Assembly (NCBI RefSeq): GCF_009914755.1
Contig: NC_060926.1
DNA: 64,000 nucleotides
Origin: the human T2T-CHM13v2.0 reference genome, Homo sapiens
Reading direction: 5' to 3' (one strand)
In this document: positions 29,455 through 44,819 of the stretch, in pieces
How the letters are laid out: the number at the start of each line of letters is the position of its first letter
Position numbering within the stretch: position 1 is the first letter of the stretch
The notes under the pieces: generated by a model
Databases searched by the model: none
The model's input: only the letters and a program-made list of their open reading frames with translations
Told to the model about the DNA's origin: nothing
Translations under genes and position numbers: made by a program

Positions 29455-30469
29455 ATCCCTAATATATTTTGTAGTTAATTCAGATAAAATTTATACAACA
29501 GGCAAAATATAAACTGACAAAAACATACAAATTGCACTGAACATTTAGCCAGTTGAAGGAGAACCCTGGTCCCTCACAATGTATTTGCTGCACCTATAAG
29601 ATACTTATGAAATATGACATTTATGTGTGAAGACTTTACCTTCAACCTGAAGAGACAAAAATGATACTGTGAATATCATTATCCATGGACTGTGTAATTA
29701 TTACCCTAATTTTTTTCTATCTCCGCCAATATTTTGTTTACAAATATTAAAACAATCAAGATAACAGTAAAAAATGCATATTATATTGTTATTTGAATAG
29801 TGTTTACCTGCAATATCTAATATCTACATTTTTTAGATCAAGTTCTTTCAATCTAGAGAAATAGCTTTTAAAGAGAAAATTCATGAAGTAGATTTTATTA
29901 TCCACTTCAGAGAAAATGGTTAGAAAGACAATTAACATCTCCATCTTACATACATATTTTATACTAAACAAAATATTATTTCACCTTCAATTTCTGAGTG
30001 AAAAGACAGAAGAAAAATTAATCTATTCATGGAATTACACTTCATAAGCTAACATCAGCCTACATAATTTATAATCTATGAATTGTAAAGTACTTCTCAC
30101 ATTTCAGTTTTATCTGCTAAATTCCCTTCAAAACATTTACCTGTTTCCAAATTTCAATATTTCTTATGTCTACTCAATATATAATTTAAAAGGTTATGTT
30201 TTAAATCAAAGAATAACTGGATAATCTTATCATTTCCTTAAAGTTGCTATTATACAATACATATATATTTGTTCTGTCAAAGTAAAGTTTACCATTTTAA
30301 AGGTACACCTTCCACATTCTTGTTCACCTTTAGCCTCAATTATACCTCACTAATAGAAAGAATGACCCAATTATAGAAGCAGTAAATTATTCTCTTTGTT
30401 CAGGATGCAATCCAAGATTAGTACATTCTTTATTTTGTTATTCTCAATGTTTCAAACGTATGGAAAAAA

Positions 30470-32680
30470 ATGTTGTTATATTATGAAAAATTTATCATCG
30501 CTTGATCTATAATTTTATGTTAGATATTCTATCAGCCTAAAACCTTTTTAAGGAATAAAAAAGTATTAACTTAGTTGAAATAATCTGTATGCTTTTCCTT
30601 ATATACCTTTGCATCCCTCTATCTCAGAGGTAACTACTCTCTAGAATTTGATGTCATCAAGATATTGTCCTGTATTTTTTTCAGAAATGCTAAAATCTAA
30701 TATTCATATTGAGGTCTTTATTCCACCTCCAAAATTCTTTTGCTACAGCTTGAGATAAGTGTATCATTTTTTGTTTTTTAACACATATGATCAATCATCC
30801 AAGCACCGAATAATTATTAAAATGATCTTCTTTGCACTTAGGATTTCACTGTGCCATTATATCTGTATCTCTGACTGTTCTATCATCTATCTATCCATCT
30901 ATCTATCATCTATCATATATATATATGATATATATATGTCTGTCTATCTATATGCATAATACTAATCCTGGTCTCTCGTCATTGGATTTTTATGATTTTG
31001 CCACAATCTTAATTTCTATAGTTGTAGATATCTTGATAACTATGAGTAAAAGGTTTCTGACTTCAGTCTTCTCAAGAAGCATGTTGTCTATTTTTGGACG
31101 TTTTTTCTTCCATGTCAACTTACAGGGAGAAAATTTTTATCATAATTGCATTCAGTTATAAATTGGGAAGGGATAACTTTTAAGATACTAGGTAAATGTA
31201 ATTATTAGTTATCCTTTTTAACATCATTTAATATTATTCTATTAATTTATCCCTATAGATCTTGTGCATTGTTTGTTAGATTTAATCTTGGATACCTTAT
31301 AAATTTTATGTTACTTTAAATAGGATTGTTTTGAACATTATATATTCTTGTTAGCAATTGTTAGTGCATAAGAACATTATTAATTCTTTAAATGTTTTTC
31401 TTCAGGAAATTGCTCAATTCTTATAGTTCTAATGGATTCTTTTGAGTTTTTATATAGATAATTATGGCATCTGAAGAAAAGAAGTGAACACATTCTCATT
31501 TCAACATTAAACCCCATTTGCTTTCCTTATTGTATTGGTTAGGACCTCCATTACAAAAAAAATGAAAATGACAGCCTTTTTTCTTGCTCTTGACTTTACT
31601 GAGAATGCTTGTACAGTTTCACCATTGGTAAGCTTGCCATCAAAATTTTTTGATATATTTTTTCAGGTTCATAAAGTTTCTTTCCACTCCTAATTTGTTA
31701 ATGGTGTTCTTCTGGTGAGTGTTGAACTTACCAATTTCTTTGTCTGTATCTGCTAAAGTGACTCCACCCTCTTTAATCTATTGATGTTGAAAATTTCTTG
31801 TATATCTGGTATGTATCACTGGGTTGAGATGTATTATTGAGTTTTACACAATGGTGAAACTGATTTGAGAGTATGTAAACTAGGACCTGATTATTTTCTT
31901 TCTTAAACAAATTGGTCTATAATTTTCTTTTCTTGCACCATAGCTGTTTAGTTTTTTATCAAAATAATAGTAATTTCATAAAATGACCTGACTAGCTTTT
32001 GCTCTTTTTCTGCCCTCTGAAAAAAATACACATATTTATAATAAAGATGTTAGAAATATCTTTCTTCTGGGAAGTTTGGTAAAATTTATCTCTAAGACTT
32101 CCAAGGTATGGTATCTTTTGTTGAGCAAGATTTTGATTCAATTTATTTAATTTTTATTAATTTACTTGGATTCCTAATTTTTCTTCAAATTTCCTCACTT
32201 ACATTTCTACAAATTATTTATTTCATCTAGGTTCTGGAATGTATTGGCATAAAATTGTTCATAGACTTCTCCTAGGTTATTTTTAATTTTAATATATGTC
32301 AGTTCATGTTACCTTTATTGTGTAAATATTATATAATATTTGTACTTTTTCTCTTCATTAATTATTATTGCTAAGGATTTATACACAATTTTTTTCTAAT
32401 AACCATCTTTTGGTTTTTTTGAACTTACTGTTTTTAGTGTTTCCATTTAATTATTTTCTACTCATCTTTATTTTTCTTTATTCCTACTTTTTTGTTGGTT
32501 ACTCTGTTCTTCTTTGCTAGTTTTTTAACTTCACACATAACTTTTTCCTGCTTTTTGATAAACGTAATTGAGGCTCTAAATTGACCGTTAGGCCCCATTT
32601 TAAAGTAATTTCACATGTAGTACTTTCATTTTGATTCAATGATTAATACTTTTAGTTTCCCTATGTTAATGATAATTCTG
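30470..32680 (-). mobile_element. Old L1M (ME-like) ORF2 fragment
   Basis: T-rich antisense L1 motifs (GTTAGGACCTCC, GAGAATGCTT, TGGTAAAATTTATCTCTAAG, GTATTGGCATAAAATTGTTCATAG). Confidence 0.7.
30879..30952 (+). repeat. (TCTA)n/(TA)n compound microsatellite
   Basis: tctatcatctatctatccatctatctatcatctatcatatatatat... Confidence 0.8.
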
Positions 32681-32689
32681 AGAACATTA

Positions 32690-33440
32690 CATCAAACTTT
32701 GACAATATTTCGCTATGTCTGCATTGAATAGGGTGGAATCTACAATGCAAACTGAAGTTCTCCTCTCACTGAATGAACTGTCACAAGCTCATTTGAAGAT
32801 AATCTATATGATCATGAGGAAGTAGATTTAATGGTCATTAGGGCAAAAGGGAGCATCTTAGGCCAAGACAATTAAGGCTCTTTGGTGAATTTGGCAAGCT
32901 TGCATTTTAGAATGCCATTTCCTTTTCATTTTTCTCAGAAGACCACAGAGGATAAGAACAACGTAGTTTTGGGGCTTAAGGATAAGACTCTGATTCTTTA
33001 ATGACTGTGAAAATAAACCGCTTCCTCTATCACTAGAGAGGTCGATAGGGATTCTCCAGCTGAGAAGCTTAAGGCCAAGTAACATTTTACTGTTAAATGT
33101 CTACTGAAAGCTGTGACTTTCAGACAGGGAAAAGTTTTGATTCACCCTGAGAATAAGCATACAATAATGAAAACACTGATATATCTCAGTGCTGGAGGCA
33201 ATTGTATAAAACCCATTTGGAGATACTCAACAGGCCTCCTCCAGGATTTAGCTCTGTTCCCCATACCACCTTCACAGCTTTGACAAGATTATGTTGTAGG
33301 CAAGTAAGACATGCACTAGAAACAAACACCTTTGGCTATGCCTTTAAAGTTTTCAAATCAATGCTGGTTTAGAAATTTAGTCAATTTACCCCTGCCATGG
33401 TAGTAAAACTAATAGCTCTGGCTAATGTGTTACGTTAATC
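32690..33440 (-). mobile_element. ERV1 internal pol (integrase) fragment
   Basis: Minus-strand peptides SG*IKTFPCLKVTA and WRIPIDLSSDRG match the integrase motifs SGWVEAFP and WGIP..LSSDRG. Confidence 0.75.
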
Positions 33441-34628
33441 AGCACTAGCAGAATGGAAGAGTTGAATCTTCTTTTAAGTTATAGCACACAATTGATTTAT
33501 AAGGATATAGTCAAAGATTACCCTGGAAGTAAGAATAGTCTGACCCTGAAAAACCATTAGGTCTTTTGATGTATGTTATAAAGTATTATAATGATTCCTA
33601 ATTTATGAAACATAGAAAGAAAATCACTTGATAGATATTATACCAGTATTTATGCATGAACTTGAATATACTTTCTTTAACCTGAAAAACACACAATCAT
33701 TGAAGTATATATATAGTAATCTTTTCCTTTATACATAACTAAGCTAAAAATAAACTTTTCTTTTGATTCGTCAGTCTTTTATCGCAAAATCTATTATCAC
33801 GATTGTTTTGAATTAATGAAATTTGGAAAATGTCAAAACAAACTTAATCTTGTTCTTCTTATTTATAAATGAAGGAGTGAAATTTTGTGTTACTTAGGGC
33901 CATTAAAAAAAACATACAAGATTCAAGCATAAAAGACATTGTGACTGTTTCATTATTCAGAATTTAGGGCCTGATAGTGAAAGAAAATAAGTGAAGTGAA
34001 TTGTCAGTGAGGCAAGAAATAATTATAAATTGTAATTTTTCAACATATAATTATTATAAATATTATCTTAAAGCATAGCAATAACTGTGACTTTTAAAAA
34101 CTGAACATTAAAAAATAATGAATGTTTCATAAATATGTCTTGAGAGTTTGCCAGAAGTACAGAATTTAATAGACTATATTGGCTATAAAAAGGAACTTTT
34201 GTTATATAGACATACAATAATTTGAGCATTTTATAATAGAAAAACCTAAATTTTAAATTTACTCATAATAGTCTTTATTAAAGACAGTATATGCCCTTTG
34301 TGTTAATATTTTCATTAACTTTGAATGTATCCTTAAATTTGTCTCTCTCATTTACAGAATTTTTAAAAATTAATATAACTTTATATGTATGCATTTAGAA
34401 ATATATAAATACATAATCATGGGAATATATAATAAAGCTCTTATCTTTATTTTAAGAAATAATTAAACTTATCAGCATACTAAATTTAAAAATGTATAGA
34501 TTACATTGAAGTTTCACTTTAATAAACTAAACATTTTCTTAAGGAATATACAATATCCATTATTTTGCATACATATGTATATTCTTCTGTAATTATTATA
34601 TTAAACATAGACATAATCATTTTATTAA

Positions 34629-34958
34629 TGAAATGGTTTAGCTGTGTCCCCACCCAAATCTCATCTCAAATTGTAATCCCCATGTGTTGAGGGAGGGACC
34701 TCGTGGAAGGTGACTGGATCACAGGGACGGGTTTCCCCATGCTGTTCTTGTGACAGTAAGTTCTCATGAGATCTGATCATTTAAAAGTGGCATTTCCCCC
34801 TTCACTCTTTCTGTTACCACCATGTAACACATATCTTGCTTCCCCTTCAACTTCCTTGTAAGTTTCCTGAGGCCTCCCCAGCCATGCTGAAATGTGAGTC
34901 AATAAAGCCTCTTTTCTTTATAAATTACTCAGTCTCGGGTAAAAGCAGTGTAAAAACA
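34629..34958 (+). mobile_element. MSTA-like LTR
   Basis: ATGGTTTAGCTGTGTCCCCACCCAAATCTCATCTC...AAGTTTCCTGAGGCCTCCCCAGCCATGC. Confidence 0.88.
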
Positions 34959-35385
34959 GTGGTAATTCAATTAATTACCACTTTTTACAAAGTAGCCAAT
35001 TTGTTTTCTTTAGATGCAAACAACATTAGAAAACAGGAAATCATGGACTGTGTCATTTACTTTTTTTATGAGTACTCATTTTAGATTACAATTTTGGGGG
35101 AGTAAAATAAGCATATTTATAACTTCAAGATATTTATACATTTGGTTAATGCATACTCATGGTATAGTCAGTAAGAATATAGCTAAATAGTGACCAGAGT
35201 TTTATAGTTTTATATTTAGAAATTGCCTACAAATCCAAAGCTTTTTTGTCAATTAGTATAATTTTTTACATGTTTACATCTAGTTTGGGGGATTTTCAAC
35301 TATAAAATATGAAAAGGTATTGCTGTACAATATGTTAGTCATGTACCAAATCTAATATACACAAGATCTTTCAAATGTCTGATAA

Positions 35386-35855
<470 letters not shown>

Positions 35856-36357
35856 AGCACTAGGTGATCCTTCTAAGACATAATTCACATATATTCAAAC
35901 TATATAATTTCAAGACAAAAGAAATCAGTTAAAATTATTTATTATAATAAAAGTACTTTTTATGAGAAGCAAAATGAATTTGCAGTTTTATTTCTACTAA
36001 TACACGCCTCATATAAAGAAGAAAATAAATCCAAGGCTAAAGGAATCCAGCACTTAAAATAGGTGTTAGAAAATCATGGAGAGCATCTGCAATGTAATTC
36101 CACAGGTTATCATCTCAAGCAAACCTTAGGACACATGAACAAATAATCAAGGAGTCTTAGGAAGAGTGGCAAAAAAAAAAAGCTACCAAATTCAGGCAAA
36201 CTTGAAAACCCCTTCAGTTTGTCACCATGGCATATGGTTTCACTGTACACCATTATCTTTCACTCCTGGCTCTTTCTCTCTTAATGCAACTAATACCTTT
36301 AAGGTCTACCATCCCACCCCCTGCCAAGTAATGATGGTGGTAATTAAGATTGTCATT

Positions 36358-36530
36358 ATAATAATGATAGCTGACCACATTCATCTAAGTGCTTGAGTAC
36401 ATTAACTCTGTAATCCTCACAACTGCCCATGAGGTGAGTGCTATTACTATCTATATTTTATAAATGAGTACACAGAGGCAGGGTTGGAGTAACTTGCCAA
36501 AGCCACACAGCTAGTAAGTAGAGGAGTAAA
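36358..36530 (-). mobile_element. MIR
   Basis: AATCCTCACAAC...ATGAGGT...GTAACTTGCCAAAGCCACACAGCTAGTAAGT. Confidence 0.8.
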
Positions 36531-37334
36531 TAATCACATCCTTGGTCATGTAATACAGCTAATACTCAGCAAGTTGATTTTTTTCCACTAGATGGAATCT
36601 TGGGATTCCTTTATAAGTTCTCCTAAAGTTTAAAGTCACACAGTTATTTAGCTGAAGAGCCAGGACAGAGCACCTATTTCTATACAAAGATGTAAATGAC
36701 AGACGGCAAATTATTTTCCCCTGATTTACTTGTCCCTGAAAAAGAATAAAGCCTTATAAGAATAGGATTGAATTCTAGATTTGGACTTCCATGTATCAGG
36801 CAAAATGCAGATAATTGTTTTCTTTCTTGGACTACTAGAAAATTATAGCTCAACAGGCAATAAATACCCGACACTTAAGAAAGCCAATGGGTGGTTACAG
36901 CTTATGAGATGCATAGCATAGTTCAAGTAAAATGAATATATATCAAATCTTTGTGTAATCACTGAAGATATCTTACTATGAGAAAAATTTAAGCACCAGC
37001 CATTTGCCAAGATTTGTTTGACCTTCTAAAAAAACTTGTAAAAAAAATTTAAGGTTAATGTAATATTCTTAAAAGTATCATGCTAACATTAATGAAGATG
37101 TAAAACCTCAAATAACAAATATAGTAATTTGTTAAAAAGCCTTTTAAAAACTATATTTTTCTGTGGTTCCTCTCTAAACCCTCCAGGGTTAAAAAAGGAA
37201 TACACTGTTCTGGTCTATGAAGTTTAAAAATCCATTGCAGAGAAGAATGCTAGAAAAATATATCTATTTGAAGTCAGGTGGGTTCAGCTACAGGACTGAG
37301 ACACTGACCAAATCATTCGTTTATAAACATAACT

Positions 37335-37720
37335 TAGTAACTCATAGAAGCAGAGAATACAATAGTGACTATCAGAGGTTGGGGGTGAGGGAAATGGGAA
37401 GTTGTTGTTCAATGGATATAAAATTTCAGTTATGTTAAATGAATATATTACAGATGTCTGCTGTACAATATTGTGCCTATATTTAATGATACGTACAGTA
37501 TTATGCACTTCAAACTTCGTTAAAAGGGTAGATCTAATGTTATGTGTTCTTACCAAAAAAAGAAAAAGGATGCAGGAAACTTTGGGAGGTATTGGATGTG
37601 TCTATTACCTTGACTGTGGTGATGGTATCTCCAGTGTTTGTATATGTCCAAACCCATCAAATTGTATATATTTAAATATGTATAGTTATTTGTATATTGA
37701 TTATATTTTAATAAAGATGT
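37335..37720 (+). mobile_element. L1MC-like 3' end
   Basis: CTCATAGAAGCAGAGAAT...GGAAACTTTGGGAGGT...TTACCTTGACTGTGGTGATGG. Confidence 0.8.
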
Positions 37721-40700
37721 TTCAGAAAGTGACTTAGTGGGTTGGGAAACTACTGATTATCCACCCCTGGAATCTTATCTAAAATATTCCTAAACCTTAA
37801 TATTTTAAGTACCTATATTGTATTATTTTCTAAAGGAAAATCATAATTATCATAAATCATTATGAAATAATGGAATATAATTTATTATCAGAAGAAGCAT
37901 TACTTTTCTATACATCCTATGTTTTGAGGGCTCCACTTGAAGCCTTTCCACTTGAAGGAGACTGCATTGATAGAAAGTCACTTGCAGAAAACTGATAACA
38001 GGTACAGACACAGTCTAAAGAAATATAAAAATACAAACTGTTGAATAATTTCTTTTACTTTACCTGTGTCTCAAAAATTTATATGGCTCATCATAAGATA
38101 TATGCAATCATTTACCATTAATTAAGGAAGAGTAATATTTCATGTAAAAATTTAAAAAATTTTAAGACTTTTCTTCTTTATTGCTCCTTAAATTCTGAAA
38201 TATTTTCTGAAGCTGGAAAGAAGGGAACGAAGTTAGAGTTAATGTGCTGGGAATTTTTTTTTACAGCACTGGGGCTATTTCTGAATTATTTCTCTATACA
38301 TAGAATGTCACCACCCATCAAAACTCTTAGGAGACACAGGATTGAGAAGTACTGTTAGCTAATATACATATGGGCAGATTCTAAGCAGAAAAGTGACATT
38401 ATCAGACAGTATTAAAAAAAAATAACCATGGAAGTAGTGTGGAAAATTACCTGTAATGGGAAAACTGGTTCAGAGGTAAATACAATAGTATAGAGGAAAG
38501 TTGAAGGGATTCTGAAACATTATTGGCAACAGATTTAGAAAAAAGAGAACGATTTAAAAAGGAGAAAGTAAAAGAATAGATAGAAGGCTGAGATTCTATG
38601 AAACTTGTATTATAGGCCAGAAATGGACAATCATGCAAGGCATTTTTAACACGTTCATGCAATATAGGTGTTAGCCTATTTTATGAAGAATCTGAAGTTC
38701 AAAGAGTTACTTATGAAATGTCAAATATTACATTTAATTATCTATAAGCAATTAGAATAGGCTATAGTGGCAATCGATTGTGCTATTTTTCTTGTTACCT
38801 TGAGGGTAATTCCCTACTCCACATTGTCCTGGTGGGGCTATGATGCACACTGCTACTGGACAGTGAAGAGGTAGGCAAGTGGCTAATTCTACAGCCTTCT
38901 GAGGACACCAATTGGTTCAAAAATGAACACTTGACCCAAAAATAGATCCATGGGGAAATTAGTCTTTAGAGTTTGAGTATAGAAGAAGAATAAAATGAAA
39001 AAAAGGTAGAAAAATAACAAAATGGATTAATCTTATGTGTGCCAAGAGTAGCAGTATAATCTATATTATTTTTTCATTTTCCTCCTTTTTTCTCCCCCAC
39101 ACTAGAGAATATCAGGAGGAAAATAGCAATAGTGTAAAAATAAAATATTTTCAGATTATGAAGTATAATATACATGTGTACTACATCTTAAGTAGATAGG
39201 CTCCATATAATGACTGGCAATTAACTATTGGATGATCTCAGTCTGTAAACTTCACTTGTGTTTTCTGCACACTGTGATGCCTTATCTCTCTTAGAGAGTA
39301 AAAGAACCCCTTGCATTGCTTTTGGATCTAACCAACCTTTACTCTCACAAGTGGGTGGGCAGAACACTGGACATACACTGGGCTTTAGTGTCCTTCGTGC
39401 TCTAAAGCAGGTATGAGGAAGGGGTGACACATATACAACACAGTGTAGAGTCAAAGGGAGGCAACCTCCAAGGGAGAGAACAGAATTAAATCAAGCAGCA
39501 TGATGAATAAAATAACCAAACCACAATGAATTGGCAGGGCAGAAAAACCTAGATCCAGAGCTACAGCATGGAAACCCATAAACCGGGCAAAAGAAGATTT
39601 ACAATGGAAGAGAAGAATTACATCCTGGTTTTAAGTATGTGCTTTCAGCCAGTCTATGCAGAGTGCCTGTGGCTTTAAAGAAAGTGTAAAACTCTCAAAT
39701 GATGCCAAGATTAAGACTGAAAGTGTTCCTTACATCTGGCACTTAGGATATAATTAGAAGCAGTAGCAACATCAGTGGCAACAGAGTGACATCGATAGGT
39801 AGGTAGGTAGAAGAATAAAATAGAGCTGAAGAAGCAGAGAGGAAAAAATGTACTCCATAAACATTGCTGCAGAAGAAATGAGACAACAGAACATAGGGAG
39901 AGAGTTGTAGATTGAAAGAAATATAAACATGCTCAGATCTCAAGACATTGGAGAGAAATAAACAGAGAGCTACTGCAAAACACAAAGACACACACACATA
40001 CACAGAGAAGAGACAGAAAAAGAAATTGATAGAGCAAGGACCTGAAAAAAAAACAATCAGAACATGGCATCAAAAGTACAAGGAAGGAAATGCCGTGAAC
40101 AGAAGGACAAACATGTATTCCCCTGAGGATCACTAAGGGAAGGACAGGATTCTACATAGGAAGCCATATTGACCAATAGTGGACATTGATTTGAGAGAAT
40201 TAGCTTTTCTGTGATGTAGGTCATTGCCTGAATATGATGGCATTCACCTTAGAGGGTTTGAGTAGGATGTACTTCTGAAATAAATACATGCAAAGGAATT
40301 CAGTAAACACAAGTAATGGGATTGGTAAAGGGTGCTGGGAGTTCAAATGATGCAGAAACTGAACTTGTTGAGGGAACAGTATATCAACATGTAAATTTCT
40401 TTGCTGCACTGAGCACTCAAGATTAAGAGCAAAAAAAATTAGATTAGGTGAACTAAGAAGTAATTTATAAGAAGGACATGGAATTGAGGAGGTTAGGGAC
40501 ACAGGCAAGAGAATTGCTGAAGTAAACCTGAAAGGTTAAGTGTTTGAAGACCAAAAGAAAAAAAAACAATAAAAAGAGAATATGAGAAAAGGAATGAATA
40601 TTCATACAGTTCTTGCAACAATCTTGCAACTTGGCCAAGTAATTTGCCTACATGATCTTAATCAGGTTTTACAATAACTCTATGTAACAGTGTCTATTTT

Positions 40701-42713
40701 ACTGATGGTTAAAATGAGGTTCAAAGAATTAAAGTGATTTTGGCCTAGACTATCAACCTGGAAAGAAAGGGGATTGTGATGAAAGAAAGAGATAATCAAG
40801 TTTAAGATTTCAGGCATAGAACCAAAGAACTTCAGCATGTTTGAACATAATTTAGTGTCGTAATCAAATAAAACCTATAAGTAATAACTTGACAGATACT
40901 AATGATAGTCATCATAGCTGTTACACATAAGACAATTATCCATAGATGATAAGCAGTTTTTATTATTTTTATTGATGACCATTATAAGTATTAATTTTAT
41001 ACACCAAAGTCAAGTTTTTTTCTCTTAACTAGTTCTCTGACAACTGTAAAATTCCTCAGTGGTGACAGATATCTCTGATACCAAGGAGAGTGAAATCATT
41101 ATCACATAGTGTTAGAAAATTGCTTCCAAGCCAACTTATTATTTTACTGTGCTCTTCTTTCATTTCTTTGTAGTTCACTCAATGATAGCAGACACTAAGA
41201 AGGAGAAAAGGCCTATTAATTGTGTGTAGTGAATAAAAAGACAAAGAGCAAAGAGAAATCAATTTCCCTGCCCCCTGATGAAATACTGCTAGCCTTAGGG
41301 TAGAAAATTCTTCCATAGGATGGATGTGTTAGCAAAAGGTTGATGTACAATGACAACTCTTTCTCAGACCAGGACAAAGTATCTGAAAAACTACCAGTTT
41401 TAATTGGTTTATTGTCTTCCCCAGAGAAGAATAAGCAGCAGGGTGTACAAAGAGGGTGGGAACTACAATCAGACTCCCTAGTTTCTAATTTCAGCTCTGC
41501 TACCTCTAGCTATGAGACTACCATAAGTTAGTGAATGGTATTGTAGAGAGGTAATCTGGAAGACAGGAATAGTAAGCATGCTAGTAACTATTTTGGGTAT
41601 TAAAGTATCTTGTGATCCAACAAGATAATCTGCCACAGCAGTTAACCCCTAGTGAGGCTCTGTTCCTTTTATTATTATCTGACTTGGCAGAGAAAGGCTA
41701 ATTCTTCACCAGTCCATTTCCCTTAGGCTATTGTATAAGAAGCAAAAGATTCTTTCATTATTTAGGCTTTTTTGCCAATGTGCTGATCAGTACAAAATTC
41801 ACTTTAATAAATTTTACATTTTAAATGAAAATATGGTTATTAACTGAATATTTTACATTAATAAAGGACACATTTCTATATTGCAAGGGTAGGAAATAAT
41901 AACTACATCCTGCAAAGAAAAATCCCCCAAATACAGGCTGACTCCTGCTGTCATCTCAACCCCTAAGATTACCTATCACAAGCAGAACCTTATTAACTGA
42001 CTCTATATATCACACACACATTTAGTTTAAAGTACACGTTTTTGGTCCAACCCAACAGCCAAAGGTCTCGAGCTTCTCCCACATCTCCCACAGGAGCTCT
42101 GCTCTCCTATCTGAATGGTTTTAGAGTTCCACACCTAGGCAGCCTGTGATGCTCAAACTTTCTTTTGCAGAGCATCCTCTTGCATGACTCCAAGAAATCC
42201 TCATATCTCTCTGAGGATGTTTAACAGAGTGAGTTTTCTTTTTTACTTCTTTCCCCCTGAATTATTACTGTTTTTATAAGGTAATTTTTCCAGTGGGATT
42301 CTCTCTATTCTTGTGGATAAAGCTTTTCTCTATACCTACAGATCCTTGATTGAATGTTCATATTTAAGAATTAAGACCTAATAGACATTCTCCAAAGAAG
42401 GCATATGAGTGGCCAATCAGCATATGAAAAGATGCTCAACATTATTAATCATTAGAAAAATCAATCATAAAGTGATATCTCTTAACACCCATGAGGATGA
42501 TTATTATCAAAAAGACAATAACACGTATTGAGGAGAATGTGGAAAAATTAGAATTTTTATACATTGCTAGTGGAAATGTAAAATGGAGCAGTCATTTTGG
42601 AAAACTGTTTTACAGTTCCTTGAAATATTAAGCACAGAGTTACCATATGACAACGTAATTCCACTCTTAAGTACCCAAAATAAATAAAAATGTATGGCCA
42701 TACGAAAATGTGT

Positions 42714-42850
42714 GGGTCGGGTACAGTAGCTCATGCTTGTAATGCTAGCACTTTGGGAGGCCGAGGGGGTAGGATCACTTGAACCCAGGAGTCCAAGATT
42801 TGCCTGAGCAGCAGAGTGAGACCCCACCTCTTAAAAAATTTAAATATTAA
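42714..42850 (+). mobile_element. FLAM (free left Alu monomer)
   Basis: Single left arm with A tail; TSD AAAATGTRT. Confidence 0.85.
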
Positions 42851-43073
42851 AAAATGTATACAGAAATATTCATAACAGCATTATTCTTAATAGCAAAAAA
42901 GTGGAGTCAATCCAAAGGACCATCAACTGAAGAATGGATAAACAAAATGTGATAAATCCATACAATGGAATATTATTCAGCCATAAAAAGAAATTAAACT
43001 CTAATATGGACTACAACATGGATAAATCTTGATAACATAATGCTAAGTGAAAAAGCCTTCCACAAAAGATATG

Positions 43074-43446
43074 TGATATGGTTTGGCTCTGTGTCCCCAC
43101 CAAAATATCATATTGAATTGTAATCCCCAGGTTTTGAGGGAGGGACCTAGTGGGAGGTGATTAGATCATTGGGGGCAGTTTCCCCCATGCTGTTCTTGTG
43201 ATAGTGAAGGAGTTCCCATGAGTGTTGATGGTTTTAAAAGTGTTTGTCAGTTCCTCCTTCACTCTCTCTCTCTCTCCTTCCTCCTTGTGAGGAAAGTGCT
43301 TGCTTCTCCTTTACTTTACACCATGATTGTAAGTTTCCTGAAACTTCCCCAGCCATGCAGAACTGTGAGTCAATTAAACCTCTTTTATTTATAAATTACC
43401 CAGTCTTTGGAGTATCTTTATATCAATGTGAAAACAGACTAATGCA
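43074..43446 (+). mobile_element. MSTA/B solo LTR
   Basis: TGATATGGTTTGGCTCTGTGTCCCCACC...AAACAGACTAATGCA. Confidence 0.9.
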
Positions 43447-44819
43447 CCACATATTATATGACTCCATACACGTGAAATGATGAGAACAGGCAAATCTATA
43501 GAGACAAAAAAAGTAGATTAATGATTGCCTAGCTTTATAGGACTGATGGGAAGGGAGAATGTGGAGTGACTGCTATGGGTACAGATTTCAATTTGGAGAG
43601 ACATGGATCTTCTAAAATTAGATTTTTGTTATGGTTGCACAACTCTGTAAATACACTAAAAACCTTGAAATTGCATGCTTTAATTGGGCAAATTGCATGG
43701 TATGTAAATTACATTTCCATGAAGCTGTTAAAGAAGAAGGAAAAAAAAAAGTCAATACTTAGACAAGCAGTCTGCAAGCTCTATGTACCCATATAGGGTG
43801 TGTTGACTGTCAAGGAATAAAGTAATCAAACACAACAGAATCTTCAGGTAACAATGAAGGGAGAACCTCTACCAGTAACCATGACAAAGGCAAGGAAGGA
43901 AAACAATCCAACGTACTCCAGATGGGAATAGATCAGAAAAATTATTTCACTTCAGGAAGGTGAAACTGATAGAATACCAGACATGTCTGCACACCTTGAA
44001 AGAATATTTAGACGTTATGACAAGGGAAAACACAAGCTTCATGGCGAAAGAAAAATAAGCGTAGTTCACTCCTGGAACAGCAGTGCATTGTCCTGTAGGT
44101 CTGCAAGAAAGCATTTGTGCAGTGGGAGGGGAGTGGTCATGGAGTGCTAAGTGTGTATCTTTCACGGGAGCAATATAAGCAGCAACATAGTCATGTTATT
44201 TAGAGACCTGGAAGTAATCCCAAAATAATCCTCAAGAAAAGGTAGAAGTAGTTCCCTCCAAAAAAAGGGAAAATGAAAATGGCCAAAGACTGCTTGTTTT
44301 CATAAGAAACTTTTTTAAAAAAACTATTGGTCTTTTTAAACTATGTGTATGTATAATTATAATAAAAATTAAAACCAAACAAACAAAGGTCATTGAGGCA
44401 GTGGCAGTGATGGCTTCCTCATGCCAGGGTAGCAGCTATGGGGGATTGTCTCACAATTTTCCTATCTTCTCTGCTCCTGAGAGAGGTAAAAGAGTCACCT
44501 CTAGAAATCCAGCCCCGATAGGGCCTTCTCCTCCCACCCTTCTAGTAATTCTGTAAACATTAATTTCCTTCTTTGAGATTCTTTCTCTTTAAAGTAGTTT
44601 TTTTTTCCCTGCAAATGAACTCTGTCTTGTATAATGAAAACATAGACATAAGGAAAGTGCCAGTGCCTTATTCAACACCACAGAGTTATTTTTGTGGGAG
44701 AAATGAGACTGAAATTCAGGTTATCTGCTTTTCAGGCTGCTATACTGTCTTCTATAGAAGCTGTTTACATGATATTGAGTGTCTCATGTTTTAGTCACTG
44801 AACTAAGCAATGATGCTAA

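Larger units (their letters stand above)
42380..43745 (+). mobile_element. L1MB 3' region containing FLAM and MST insertions
   Basis: AGACATTCTCCAAAGAAG...GAGTTACCATATGAC...TACAATGGAATATTATTCAGCC...AGGCAAATCTATAGAGACA. Confidence 0.85.

Noticed and set aside
38190-41530. Faint MER5/MLT1K/L2/MIR-like traces
   Set aside because: Too degenerate to set boundaries or families reliably by eye
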